64,000 nt of DNA from an uncultured Methanoregulaceae archaeon (GCA_963737635.1 CAVTTL010000001.1:1184001-1248000); one strand, 5' to 3'. Shown: positions 1 to 10,836, numbered from the stretch's first letter. The notes: generated from the letters alone by a model not told the origin. Program-made: numbers and translations.

Positions 1-585
1 GTATCGACTACAAATATCGGGACGGACTATAACGGACAGCCCACCGGGACGGTCATTCTCCGGATCCCCGCCACCCAGTTCGACAGTACGCTATCAGGAG
101 TACAAGGGATCGGGAAGGTACTCTCTCTCTCCACGCAGGGACAGGATGTTACCGAACAGTACGTCGATGTCCAGGCCCAGATCACCGCATACCAGAACCA
201 GATTGCCCAGTACAATGTGATCATGAAGAACGCCACGAAGGTCGAAGACGTCCTTGCTATCCAGCAACAGATCGATGCCGTCCAGACCAATCTTGACCGG
301 GTCACCGGGCAGATGAAGTACCTCAACAGCCAGATCGACTATTCGACTATCACCGTTTCGCTGCAGGAACCGGAACCGGTAGGCGGGCCACAGGGTCACG
401 ATTTCGTTACCGCTATAAACGAGGGGATCTCCGGCTTTTTCGGGGTCATCGACGCGATCATTATCTTCGTCATCAGCGTCCTGCCGCTGCTCATAATAGG
501 CGGCGTAATATATGCTGGTTACCGGGTCTGGAAACACAAGCGGCCGGCACAACCAAAGACCAGTGAGCCTGAGCAGAAACAATAA
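1..585 (+). CDS. DUF4349-family membrane-anchored protein, 5'-truncated by window edge
   Basis: Frame is open from base 1 (…TVILRIPATQFD…QDVTEQYVDV…, coiled coil, IDYSTITVSL), ending in a C-terminal TM helix and basic tail, as in DUF4349. Confidence 0.8.
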   Translation, partial: VSTTNIGTDYNGQPTGTVILRIPATQFDSTLSGVQGIGKVLSLSTQGQDVTEQYVDVQAQITAYQNQIAQYNVIMKNATKVEDVLAIQQQIDAVQTNLDRVTGQMKYLNSQIDYSTITVSLQEPEPVGGPQGHDFVTAINEGISGFFGVIDAIIIFVISVLPLLIIGGVIYAGYRVWKHKRPAQPKTSEPEQKQ

Positions 586-856
586 AAAAACCCAATCTTC
601 TTTTCTCGTTTTTCGCGACTCCGTTCCGCTCATGGATGACTAGACGCCCTTTCCTTTTGAGTAATCCACCGGGAAACCAGATTGCAACAATACGCTAAAA
701 CAGCTCTCCTCCCCCAGCTTATACTATAAACGCTCTAACCCGCAGGTTCGACTTGCTTACCCCGGGCATTTGTCCAATATATATCCCTTCCAGGAGAAAC
801 GACTGATCACAGCCCGAAAAGGGCCCGCACGCACAAACCCAGGAGATGGAAACTTT

Positions 857-1492
857 ATGAAGGTAAGACCATTGTTTATTCCCTGCATCTGTGCAGTACT
901 CCTCCTCGCGCTGGTGCTTCCCGCCGGTGCAGATGATACTTCGCAGGTAAATGTAACGCCCACTGTAACTGTAGCAGCCCCCCCTGGCTTTGACCCGATT
1001 GGCTCATTCATGGGCATCGTTGGCTTGCGGCAGGAAGACCATAACCTGACGCAGGATATCCATGCAAACGATCAGGATATCCACCAGAACTGGTGGGACA
1101 ACCTCAATATCTTCCAGGATATCCTTGGTAACCGGACAGATGTCCGGGAAGACCAGCAGGCCGATCTCCAGAACCGGTCGGAAAACATCGGGTACCGCGA
1201 GGATATCCACGCCGATCACATGGACATGAGAAACGACTCGGGTAACCGGACCGCTGAAGAGCAGCAGATCGCCGGGGACCGTCAGGCCATCCATCAGGAC
1301 TGGCAGGATATCAATGCAACTCATCAGGACATTCATGACGAGCGTAATGCAAGCCAGCAAGACTGGGCCAGCATCAATGCAAACCGGGAGCAGGATGCCT
1401 CCCTCCGGCAGGATAACGGTGCCGACAGGGAACAGGTACGGGATAACCGCCAGCAAATCCGCAATGACCGCGGGAATGCCAGCTCATCCTGA
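857..1492 (+). CDS. Secreted heptad-repeat (Q/D/N/H-rich) coiled-coil protein
   Basis: Signal peptide MKVRPLFIPCICAVLLLALVLPAGA; AGGAG upstream; xxxxQDI repeats; T-tract after the stop. Confidence 0.75.
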   Translation: MKVRPLFIPCICAVLLLALVLPAGADDTSQVNVTPTVTVAAPPGFDPIGSFMGIVGLRQEDHNLTQDIHANDQDIHQNWWDNLNIFQDILGNRTDVREDQQADLQNRSENIGYREDIHADHMDMRNDSGNRTAEEQQIAGDRQAIHQDWQDINATHQDIHDERNASQQDWASINANREQDASLRQDNGADREQVRDNRQQIRNDRGNASSS

Positions 1493-1687
1493 ACTTTTTT
1501 CCTCCCTCCCTTTCAATGGCATCTGTTACACTCGGACAGGAACCTCAGGACAGTGAGTGATCTTTTCTTTAAAAAAAGAACAGGATCCGGCAAGGGCAGT
1601 TATATTACGGGTCTGGACAACAAATGATAACTGCGAATATTTTCGCAATTAAGACAATAATTATAGCCTTTTTCGGGTAATATTAGG

Positions 1688-1975
1688 ATGATGATCATGA
1701 ATCCAAGCACCATAAGTCTCTCCACTCTCTTCGCTGCACTAATCATACTCTTTCTTTGCGTATGCGGCTGCACGGGATCTTCCGGGCCACAGATTCAGCC
1801 GTTCCCCGCCACCACCTTAATGACCCCCGTGGTTACCCCAAGTATGCCAACCGTTAACACGACGGGACAAGTGCCAACGCCGGGCACTATCTGCAACTGT
1901 CCCATGGAACCCGCCTTGTCACCGGGAGTTACGCTGACGCCAAACCCCAACAACGGTCCCTGCCACTGCCCGTGA
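1688..1975 (+). CDS. Small lipoprotein with two CxC motifs
   Basis: Hydrophobic signal with lipobox-like CVCGC, Thr/Pro linker, ICNCP and terminal PCHCP. Confidence 0.6.
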   Translation: MMIMNPSTISLSTLFAALIILFLCVCGCTGSSGPQIQPFPATTLMTPVVTPSMPTVNTTGQVPTPGTICNCPMEPALSPGVTLTPNPNNGPCHCP

Positions 1976-2051
1976 CCGGCACCTATCTCCCTTGTGCCGG
2001 GGAGTGTCACGGTCGCTATGTTTATCGTCTTGCTCCGGCAAGGGCTGGATC

Positions 2052-2913
2052 ATGCCACCGGCGCGTGAAATTTTCCGGATGTTCTCTTCCCGGGAAACTC
2101 TCGAAGGGGCCGGAGTCAGGCTCCACCGGGCGTTTGGCTATTCCCAGATTCCCCTTTTCGATCCGTTCCTAATGCTTGACGACTTCCGAGCTTGAGCGGC
2201 CGGAAGATTACTTGGCTGGTTTTCCCTGGCACCCGCACCGGGGGATCGAGACAGTGACGTACATGCTGGAAGGAAGAGTCGAGCATGGCGACAGCATGGG
2301 CCATGCAGGGAGCGTGGGGGCCGGGGACATCCAGTGGATGACTGCAGGCTCTGGGATCATCCACCAGGAGATGCCAAAACCGGCCGACGGCCGGATGGGT
2401 GGTTTCCAGCTCTGGGTCAACCTCCCGAAAAGCCACAAGATGATGGACCCGCGCTACCAAGAGATCCCGGCTCATGAGATCCCGAAGGTTACCCCAAGCG
2501 ACGGCGCAGAAGTCCGGGTAATTAGCGGAACAGTCGGCGGTGTTACGGGTCCTGTACGAGATATTGTCGCAGATCCTGAGTACCTCGACGTGACGCTTGC
2601 GCCGGGCATCCCCTTTTCCCACCTTGTACGGCCCGGGTACAGGGCTGCGATCTATGTCATCGCCGGGTCGGGGGTCTTTGATCCCCACCCCACTACGGAG
2701 CTGAGTAATCGCACGATGGCTCTCTACGACGACAAAGGCACCTCGGTTGAAGTGAATGCCGGGGACCGAGGTACCCGGTTTTTGTACTTCTCCGGGAAAC
2801 CGTTCCGTGAACCGGTTGCCTGGGGCGGCCCCATTGTGATGAACACCGAGGAAGAATTGCAGCGGGCATTCGCCGAATACAGGAACGGGACGTTCATCAA
2901 GAAAAAAGCATGA
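2052..2913 (+). CDS. Pirin family protein (frameshift ~2192, probable sequencing error)
   Basis: EGAGVRLHRAFG…DPFLMLDDF in one frame; GFPWHPHRGIETVTY, QWMTAGSGIIHQEMP and GPIVMN in the next. Confidence 0.9.
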
Positions 2914-2943
2914 GCCCGGTAACCTGAATTCCTGTAATCCGGC

Positions 2944-4996
2944 TCAAGATCGCCCTTCGAACCGGTACATACCTTCCGGGACCGTCGCCTCGAACCGTGC
3001 TCCTTTGCCCGGCTCACCGGTCTCACGAATGGTGATGCCGGTAATCCCAAGGATTTCCCGGCAGAGGAATAACCCGTTTCCTGTCTCTTTTCCGGCACCT
3101 CTGGCAAAAATCTGATCTTTATCCCCTACGGGGATGCCTATCCCATCATCTTCAAAGACAAGAATCACGTTTTTTTCTGTCTGTTGGTACGACACATGGA
3201 TCCGGGTTACATGCTTACCATGGCGGAGAGCATTTTCGATGAGATTAAAAAAGACTTTCTCGATGAGGTAATTAACATAAATCTCCAGGTTATCCGTATC
3301 GATCACGAAAGATACATCCCCGATTTCCATGGTTTTTAATACCGAAGAAATGGTAATTTTTATATTCTTCCACTGGGGCGGCCGTAAGCCAACATACTCG
3401 TAAATCCGGGTGAATACGATCTGGCGGTGGATGGTATCGGCAATAGTTTCCATTTTTTGAATCTGGCCTGCAATGTTTTCATCCCCCGATTGTTCTTTTA
3501 AGAGAGAGATATACCCTGCCAGCATAGAGAGCTGATTAAGAATATCATGCCGGGTTATACTGGTTAAAAGGCTTACTTCTTTATTTGCCTCATGCAACGC
3601 TTCTTCTGTCTTCTTGCGTTCGGTGATATCTGAGAGGAGGACAAGGATGGCCGAATCTCCGTTCCAGGTAATAAGGGTGGAGTTGATCTCCATCCAGTGT
3701 AGGGATCCCTCTTTAGAGACAATCCGGAACGTATAACTATCTGTCGGAATCTCTCCGGAAAGACGCCTTTTGAACTGTTCTGCAACAAATACGCGGTCAT
3801 CGGGATGAACGAAATCTAGGAATACTTTTTGTGTAAGTTCCTCTGCTGCGTATCTGGTAATCTTCTCCAGTTTCGGATTTGCAAAGCAGATTCTGCCACC
3901 CTGGATTACGAAAATAGCCTCATTCGCATTCTCAACCAATGTCCGGTACCGGTCTTCACTCTCACAGAGCGCCTCCTCGGCGCGTTTCCGGTCGGTAATA
4001 TCTGTCAACATAGCGAATGAACCGCAGAACTGCCTGTCTGTATCCAGGATAGGAGATGCAGAGACCATCATCCAGCATACACTCCCATCCTTATGCCGGA
4101 ATCTGCGTTCATAGGTGTCGCTGAGTCCTTCCACTCTCTGTTGCACTTTGATAAGATGATCCTGGATATCTTCCGGGAACATAAATCTCGCGAAGTCATG
4201 GCCTACAATTTCTTCTGCAGAATAGCCAAAGATATCCACCAGTTTCCGATTGGCAAAGGTAACGGACCACGTTTTGTCCATCACGAGGATTCCCTCATTT
4301 GCAGTCTCGACAATCCGGCGGTATTTTTCTTCGCTCTCCCTCAGGGCCTCATCCGCATGGATTCGATCCTGAATCTGCCTTTGCAACGCTTCGTTGGTTA
4401 TGACAAGTTCCTTGGTCCGCTCTTCGACGCGTTCTTCAAGCTCACGCTGGTATTTCTTTATATCGGTAGTATCTTCGAAAATGATAACGACAGCCCGCCC
4501 GCCTCCATCAAACACGAGTGGGAGGAATTTCACTTTGAAATAACGTAGTTCATCGCTTCCTTCGATTTGGATATCAAACGTACTTTCCGATCCATCGAGT
4601 GCCTGTTTGAGGGCATCAAAATGTTTATCGGTGAAAAAAGAGGCTAGAGACGAATGCTTTAATTGTCTCCCTTTAAGTTCCTCCTTTGACAATTTAAAAA
4701 AAGTAAGGAATGAATCATTGGCTTCCTGTATGAAAAGATCTTTATCCAGGATGAGAATGAGATCTGGTGTCAGGCTCAGGCAGATTGATCAACGGAAGCC
4801 GCTGGGTGAGATAGAACAGCTTTGCCGGGCCGAGAGTCCGCATATCAGCTTTTCCCGCTATTACGAGCATATTGAGATATTTCGCTGTTGTTGCCCGGCT
4901 CAGGGAGAGTATCTTTGAAACCTCTTCTATTGTCAGTCCTTTTGGATTTGTCTTTAAGAGGTCCCAGATGCGCTCCTGTTCATTTTCTTTTTCCAT
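2944..4996 (-). CDS. HTH-PAS-PAS-PAS sensor histidine kinase (frameshift ~4780)
   Basis: N-terminal HTH (GLTIEEVSKILSLSRATTAKYL) joins by one indel to PAS domains; H-box TRHDILNQL, N-box NLIENALRHG, DDGIG and GNGLFL boxes. Confidence 0.85.
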
Positions 4997-5220
4997 AGAA
5001 TTCTTACCGTTTAGATGTTTGCACTTATTAATTTAAATATGTGTCATTAATACGAATCATAAGTACAAATCACTATTGAAAATCATAATAGTTTATCAAA
5101 AACAAGTACTACTATTGATTGTTATATGTAAATAACTTTAAATATCATTAGAAAGAACAGGAATTTGCAGCAAAAAAATCGGTAACGCAGAAAATCGGCA
5201 GAAGAGGGTGTGAATCTGAA

Positions 5221-5364
5221 ATGACGTTTAACAAAGAAACTGGAAACCTCTCCAAAACCTTGTTGATCGAGAACAATCTGAGGGAGCATTTCGCTGTTCT
5301 TGATGAACTGGCACAGAAGTTCGATGATTACACTGCGATCCCTACAATTCCCGGTGAGCATTGA
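5221..5364 (+). CDS. Putative 47-aa microprotein upstream of satP
   Basis: ATG..TGA ORF MTFNKETGNLSKTLLIENNLREHFAVLDELAQKFDDYTAIPTIPGEH preceded by SD-like GAGGGTG; below the ORF-track cutoff. Confidence 0.4.
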   Translation: MTFNKETGNLSKTLLIENNLREHFAVLDELAQKFDDYTAIPTIPGEH

Positions 5365-5464
5365 CGGGGGAGTGCATGGTGCACTGATCACATGATCGAA
5401 CGGGGGAACAGACTGTAGTTTGTCAATCAATGAACGCTGCACAGTATCGTAGAGGATTGAAACG

Positions 5465-6058
5465 ATGGACACTGACACCAACACTTTCAAAGAAACCATC
5501 AGGATTGCCGATACAACGGCAAATCCGGCACCGCTTGGGTTACTGGCTTTTGGTATGACTACCGTGCTGCTGAACCTGCATAACGCCGGGTTCTTTGCGA
5601 TGGGATCCGCGATCTTTGCGATGGGGATATTCTTCGGCGGGATTGCGCAGATCGTCGCAGGAATCATGGAATGGAAAAAGAACAACACCTTTGGAACGAC
5701 TGCGTTCGTCTCGTATGGTTTTTTCTGGATCTCGCTCGTGGGCCTAATCCTCATGCCGGTATTCGGCTGGACAAGCCCGCTCCAGATGGAAGCGCTTGTA
5801 TCGTTCCTTGCGATATGGGGATTATTCTCGTTTGTAATGTTTGTAATCACCTTCAGGCTGTCAAGAGCACTTCAGGTGGTTTTTGGAACACTGACACTAT
5901 TATTTCTCCTTATGATCGTGGGAAACGCCGCCGGCAACAGTATGGTCCTCCAGATTGCGGGTATCGTTGGCATTATCTGCGGACTTTCGGCGATGTACGC
6001 GGGACTTGGACAGGTTATGAACGAAGTGTATAAAGTACAGGTTATCAGACTCGGGTGA
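5465..6058 (+). CDS. satP: Acetate uptake channel, SatP/YaaH (GPR1/FUN34/YaaH) family
   Basis: Signature [30 protein letters not shown], six TM helices. Confidence 0.92.
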   Translation: MDTDTNTFKETIRIADTTANPAPLGLLAFGMTTVLLNLHNAGFFAMGSAIFAMGIFFGGIAQIVAGIMEWKKNNTFGTTAFVSYGFFWISLVGLILMPVFGWTSPLQMEALVSFLAIWGLFSFVMFVITFRLSRALQVVFGTLTLLFLLMIVGNAAGNSMVLQIAGIVGIICGLSAMYAGLGQVMNEVYKVQVIRLG

Positions 6059-7545
6059 ACTACATGGTTGAATTACAAGACTTAACGGAAATGTTTGAAA
6101 AGAGTCCGCTGGCGCAAGCAGTTGTGGAACCTAATCTCAAATTCCTCATGGTAAATGACGCCTTCTGCAAGCTGGTCGGATACAACAGGGACCGTCTGCT
6201 GGCAATAAAATACTCAGATTTCCGGGCACAGGGAATGATGAAGTATCTCAAAGACTCCGGCGAATCAGTGAGTGACGCCGTTAACACCCGAAGGTTAACG
6301 TTAGGCCAGAGCACGTTTGAAACGCCATCGGGACTGCATATCGTTGCCCGCGGTAATGTACCGCTGCTGAATGATAAAGGGGACGTGAAATACGTCTATA
6401 TCACGTACAGTGAAATCACCAAGATAGAAAAGAACCGGGAATACATGGAGCATGAGATTGACGAATTCGTCGCCGTCTATGATAAAATGGCAGCGGGTGA
6501 CCTGACTGCAAGTCACGCTGTTGAAAAACCTAAGGATCCGGATCTCCAGGACACATTTGAGGTTCTGGCAAAACTCCGGGCTTCGGTCCGGCGGATCATC
6601 AGTAACCTTCAGGTAAACATAAAGGATGTTAATAACCGGATGCAGAACCTGACAGCGACAGCGGACAATGCGACCCAGAGTCTTGAAGAAGGGACCCAGG
6701 GATGCAAGCAAATCGCCAAGAATGCGACTAATGTCAGCAGCAATGCGGAAAAGGCAGCACAGGGTGTCGACCAGATTGCAAAAGCCATGCAGGACATGAG
6801 CGCAGCAGTCGAAGAGATCACCTCAAGTATGGAATCGGTCTCAAGCCTTTCCAAGCAGAGCGATGAACTCTCCAAGTCCGGTGCGGCACTCGCGGGTAAG
6901 GCGGAGAAGAGCATGGCTGAGATTTCAGAGTCCTCTGCAAAAGTCTACGATATCGTACTTGACGTAGAAAAGCAGATGGGTGAGATCTCAAAGATCGTTG
7001 TGCTCATCCGCGAACTGGCCAACCAGACAAACCTGCTGGCGCTCAATGCTGCGATCGAAGCGGCTCGTGCGGGCGATGCGGGGCGGGGTTTTGCAGTCGT
7101 CGCGACGGAAGTAAAATCCCTGGCGCAGGAATCTCGGAATTCTGCCGAGCGGATCGAGGAAATGATTGTCTCCCTCAAAAAGAGCACCCAGAACGCGTCA
7201 ATTGCGATGAACGATGCAAAGGGGACGGTCGATCAGGGTTCAAAGATGGTGACCGAGACCCTGCAGTCATTTAACAAGATCGCGGCAGCTGTTGAGAAGG
7301 TGGCTGCGAGCGCTACCGAGGTGGCGGCAGCAACCGAAGAGCAGGCGGCTACAACCGAAGAGATAACGGCTAGTATCAGCGAAGTGGCAAGCCTGGTTGA
7401 GCAGACTGCAAGGGAGGCCAGTGATGCAGCGGCAGCAACTGAAGAATCCTCAAATGCTCTGGACGAGATCACCCGAATGGTAGGAAACGTACACAAGGTC
7501 GCTGTCGAAGCGATGGAAGCAAACAAGAAATTCAAGGTGGATTGA
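6055..7545 (+). CDS. Soluble PAS-domain methyl-accepting chemotaxis protein (alternative ATG start at 6064)
   Basis: N-terminal PAS ([11 protein letters not shown]); MCP tip [34 protein letters not shown]; no TM segment. Confidence 0.92.
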   Translation: MNYMVELQDLTEMFEKSPLAQAVVEPNLKFLMVNDAFCKLVGYNRDRLLAIKYSDFRAQGMMKYLKDSGESVSDAVNTRRLTLGQSTFETPSGLHIVARGNVPLLNDKGDVKYVYITYSEITKIEKNREYMEHEIDEFVAVYDKMAAGDLTASHAVEKPKDPDLQDTFEVLAKLRASVRRIISNLQVNIKDVNNRMQNLTATADNATQSLEEGTQGCKQIAKNATNVSSNAEKAAQGVDQIAKAMQDMSAAVEEITSSMESVSSLSKQSDELSKSGAALAGKAEKSMAEISESSAKVYDIVLDVEKQMGEISKIVVLIRELANQTNLLALNAAIEAARAGDAGRGFAVVATEVKSLAQESRNSAERIEEMIVSLKKSTQNASIAMNDAKGTVDQGSKMVTETLQSFNKIAAAVEKVAASATEVAAATEEQAATTEEITASISEVASLVEQTAREASDAAAATEESSNALDEITRMVGNVHKVAVEAMEANKKFKVD

Positions 7546-7560
7546 ACGGGGTGCGTTACC

Positions 7561-8101
7561 ATGGCGGCAAAATCAAGCATGCCAGAAGAGGCGCAGACTC
7601 AACATGAGGAAGATGACAGAAGGAAACGGCAGGGTAGCATCCAGATCGTCGAGTTCGTCCTTGGAACAGAACTCTTTGCTATCGACCTGTTCGATGTCAA
7701 GGAAGTCGTTGAATATACTACGATCACCAAACTTCCCAATGTGGCGGCGTATGTAAAAGGGATCATCGATCTCCGGGGAGAGATCACGACTATCATCGAT
7801 CTCAAACACCGGCTCAACATCACTGACGGGAGGCAGGTTGCAGCAGAATCATCCCGGATCATCGGTACTCGACGACAAGATCACCGGCACCAAGATCGGA
7901 ATCCTCGTCGATGATGTTACCTCGGTCTCGACATTTGAGGCAAATCAGGTCGACTATACCTCAGCTTCGGTGAGCAAAGTGGATACCGCGATCATCGGCA
8001 TCATCAAACGAAAAGTGAAGGTCAAAGACAAAGAGAAGAACGAACTAATCATCTGGATTGATATCAAGCAGCTGCTCGGGGATATCGATACAGCAGTCTG
8101 A
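7561..8101 (+). CDS. cheW: Chemotaxis adaptor CheW (frameshift ~7864)
   Basis: QIVEFVLGTELFAIDLFDVKEVV, YVKGIIDLRGEITTIIDL, then IGILVDDV in the next frame. Confidence 0.88.
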
Positions 8102-8227
8102 TGCTATAATCTGACCGTTTACGATCTGATTTTCGGATGTGTCAGGGAAAATACCGTGGATGGGGGGAGAGGAAATAACATCCCCCTTTCATTTTAGGCA
8201 GAATCTGGTACCTGGAAGATTGCATTC

Positions 8228-8668
8228 ATGATTTCCGTACTCTATGTGGATGACTGTTTGTCATTGCTGGACATCGTCTGCCGTTTCCTTGAGGAAAAGG
8301 GGGATGTGGTAGTTGAAACATCATTCACTACCGAAAAGGCCTCACGAATAATGGACCACATTTCCTTTGATGTCATTATCACTGATTATAATTCCAAGGA
8401 ATCGTCGGGCATCGATCTTCTTCAAAAAACCCGGAATAAGGGAAGAATGACACCTTTCATCTTCTTTACCTTAGAGCGGGACCACGGTATGGAAGAAGAC
8501 GCAGCACGGTACGGTCAGGTTGTGTTTGTCCCGAAGTTACCTTATTCCGGTTCGGGCTGTGATGAGCTTGAGAAAACCATCCGGACAATAGTTCCGGTAC
8601 CCTATTTGGAAAACACACGCGAACAAAAGGATCGGATCAATTCAATGGGAGGAGAACCTCGATCATGA
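8228..8668 (+). CDS. Stand-alone response regulator receiver protein
   Basis: VLYVDD…FDVIITDY…PFIFFT…VPK receiver motifs. Confidence 0.8.
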   Translation: MISVLYVDDCLSLLDIVCRFLEEKGDVVVETSFTTEKASRIMDHISFDVIITDYNSKESSGIDLLQKTRNKGRMTPFIFFTLERDHGMEEDAARYGQVVFVPKLPYSGSGCDELEKTIRTIVPVPYLENTREQKDRINSMGGEPRS

Positions 8669-10134
8669 TCCCGGTTCTCTATGTCGATGATGAGCCTGGC
8701 CTGCTTGAGATCAGCAAACTTTTCCTTGAGCGAAGCGGGCAGTTCTGTGTGGACACTATTGCCTCTGCTCCAGCCGCACTTGCCTTGTTGAAGACAAAGA
8801 ACTACGATGCCATTATCTCCGACTATCAGATGCCGGAAATGGATGGGATCGAATTTTCAAAGAAGATAAGAACTTCGGGAAACACCATTCCGTTTATCCT
8901 TTTCACCGGACGAGGACGTGAAGAAGTGGTCATCCAAGCCCTAAACGAAGGGGCCGATTTTTACCTTCAGAAGGGCAATGACCCCAAATCACAATTCGCC
9001 GAGCTCGGGCACCAGATCCGCCAGGCTTGCCAGCAGAAAAGGGCAGAAGCAACCATTCGCGACCTCGAACGTCGTGAAGCGGATATCATTAACTTCCTGC
9101 CCGATGCTACGTTTGCCATAGATACAAAGGGAGTTGTTATCGCATGGAACCGTGCCATCGAAGAGATGACCGGTGTTTCGGCAGCGAAGATGGCGGGAAA
9201 AGGGGAGTACCAGTACGCCATCCCGTTCTACGGGAGCCGGCGTCCTGTGGTCGTCGACATGATCTTCAACTATGACGAGAAGGTTGCAGGGTATTACTCC
9301 AGTATGCTGCGTGAGGGAGAGACGTTCTCTGCAGAAACCCATTTTCGCCACCGGAATGGTCATCAGATCTGGGTCACTACCAAAGCAAGTCCACTCTACA
9401 ACCGGGAAGGTGGTATTGTCGGTGCGATAGAGGTGATCCGGGATATCACCGAATGGAGAAGAGCAGAAGACGCTCTTAAGACCGCGAACCGCCAGCTCTC
9501 CCTGCTCACCAGCATCACCCGGCACGATATCAATAACCAGATGACGGAGCTTCTGGGGTACCTCCATGTTCTGGAAAAGAAACGGTGCGATCCCTCGTTC
9601 CATGAGTATTTCCAGAAAGCGGCACATGCAGCAAAGCGCATTTCCACCATTATCAGGTTTACCAACGCGTATGAAGCGATCGGTGTCAATGCCCCGGTCT
9701 GGCAGAACTGCCACACCCTTGTTGATACTGCAACAAAGCAATCCCTACTCGGACAAATTCTGGTGAAAAACGAATTTCCTGTCGGTGCTGAAGTGTTGGC
9801 CGACCCGCTGATCATTAACGTGTTTTGCAATCTGATAGACAATGCAGTCCGGCATAGCGCAAAGATCGCGACCATCCGGTTTTCCCTGCAGGCATCAGGT
9901 GATAATCATATCATCATCTGCGAAGACGATGGCGATGGTGTTGCTTGGCAGGAGAAGGAGAAAATCTTTGAGCGGGGGTTCGGGAAAAACACCGGGCTTG
10001 GACTATTTCTGTCCCGTGAGATCCTATCAATCACCGGCATTACCATCAGCGAAACTGGGGAATCTGGCAAAGGTGCACGGTTTGAGATGACCGTGCCAAA
10101 AGATGCGTACCGGCTTGCCAATGTACACTGTTAG
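8665..10134 (+). CDS. Hybrid receiver-PAS-histidine kinase
   Basis: REC (YVDDEP, IISDYQMPEMDG, YLQKG), PAS, TRHDINNQ H-box, GKNTGLGLFL. Confidence 0.9.
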   Translation: MIPVLYVDDEPGLLEISKLFLERSGQFCVDTIASAPAALALLKTKNYDAIISDYQMPEMDGIEFSKKIRTSGNTIPFILFTGRGREEVVIQALNEGADFYLQKGNDPKSQFAELGHQIRQACQQKRAEATIRDLERREADIINFLPDATFAIDTKGVVIAWNRAIEEMTGVSAAKMAGKGEYQYAIPFYGSRRPVVVDMIFNYDEKVAGYYSSMLREGETFSAETHFRHRNGHQIWVTTKASPLYNREGGIVGAIEVIRDITEWRRAEDALKTANRQLSLLTSITRHDINNQMTELLGYLHVLEKKRCDPSFHEYFQKAAHAAKRISTIIRFTNAYEAIGVNAPVWQNCHTLVDTATKQSLLGQILVKNEFPVGAEVLADPLIINVFCNLIDNAVRHSAKIATIRFSLQASGDNHIIICEDDGDGVAWQEKEKIFERGFGKNTGLGLFLSREILSITGITISETGESGKGARFEMTVPKDAYRLANVHC

Positions 10135-10338
10135 GTTGAAATCATACTATTATCAAACGTGCAGATAGATGCGGACCAAGAACTGGGAAACGAAGTGCCG
10201 CACGCACTGCAACGACACTCCCCGGATACTTATGAACCCGGTCGAGACTTTGACTATTCTTTGGTAGTTTTTGACCGGTAACCTCATGAGAAATCTACAC
10301 CGAAACGGTAAACAGTGCCCTGCGCACATCGTACCATA

Positions 10339-10836
10339 ATGGCAGAAGAAAAGTACAAGATCGTCGTTTTTGGCGCGTTCGGGGCCGGCAAGTCAACATT
10401 GATCCAGACACTTGACCCGCAGGCAAAACATATCGAGGCCGAGTGTGCCGGGGGTACCACTACCATCGCGCTCGATTACGGCCGGGTCCAGATAGGTGAA
10501 AAACGGGTTTACCTATACGGGACCCCGGGACAGGAACGATTTGAGTTTGCCCGGGATATCATCGGTAAGGGCATGGACGGCGCGATCCTGCTCGTGGACG
10601 CGACCTCTCCGGTGGACGAGTTCGTAGAGCACCTCTTCACTTCGATTACGGTTGCCTGCATCCCTTTTATGATCCTGATGAACAAGTGCGATGAAGTAGG
10701 TGCACGGCCGGATGAGGTGAAGACGCATTTCACCGGTACGGTGGCATCTCTCATATCGGCGAAGGACAGGCGCGGGACACGGGACATGCTCGAACGATTC
10801 ATCGGAACGCTCCGGCCGCACTCCGGGGAAAAATAG
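10339..10836 (+). CDS. Small P-loop GTPase (MglA/ATP_bind_1-like)
   Basis: GAFGAGKST, TTIALDYG, YGTPGQERF, NKCD, ISAK. Confidence 0.85.
   Translation: MAEEKYKIVVFGAFGAGKSTLIQTLDPQAKHIEAECAGGTTTIALDYGRVQIGEKRVYLYGTPGQERFEFARDIIGKGMDGAILLVDATSPVDEFVEHLFTSITVACIPFMILMNKCDEVGARPDEVKTHFTGTVASLISAKDRRGTRDMLERFIGTLRPHSGEK

Noticed and set aside
1021-1490. CRISPR-like or tandem DNA repeats (CAGGATATC recurrences)
   Set aside because: They are coding heptad repeats, with no constant repeat-spacer structure and no cas genes.
2185-2200. Programmed frameshift or stop readthrough in pirin and other split genes
   Set aside because: No slippery heptamer or shared recoding signal, and the indels match the window-wide error pattern.
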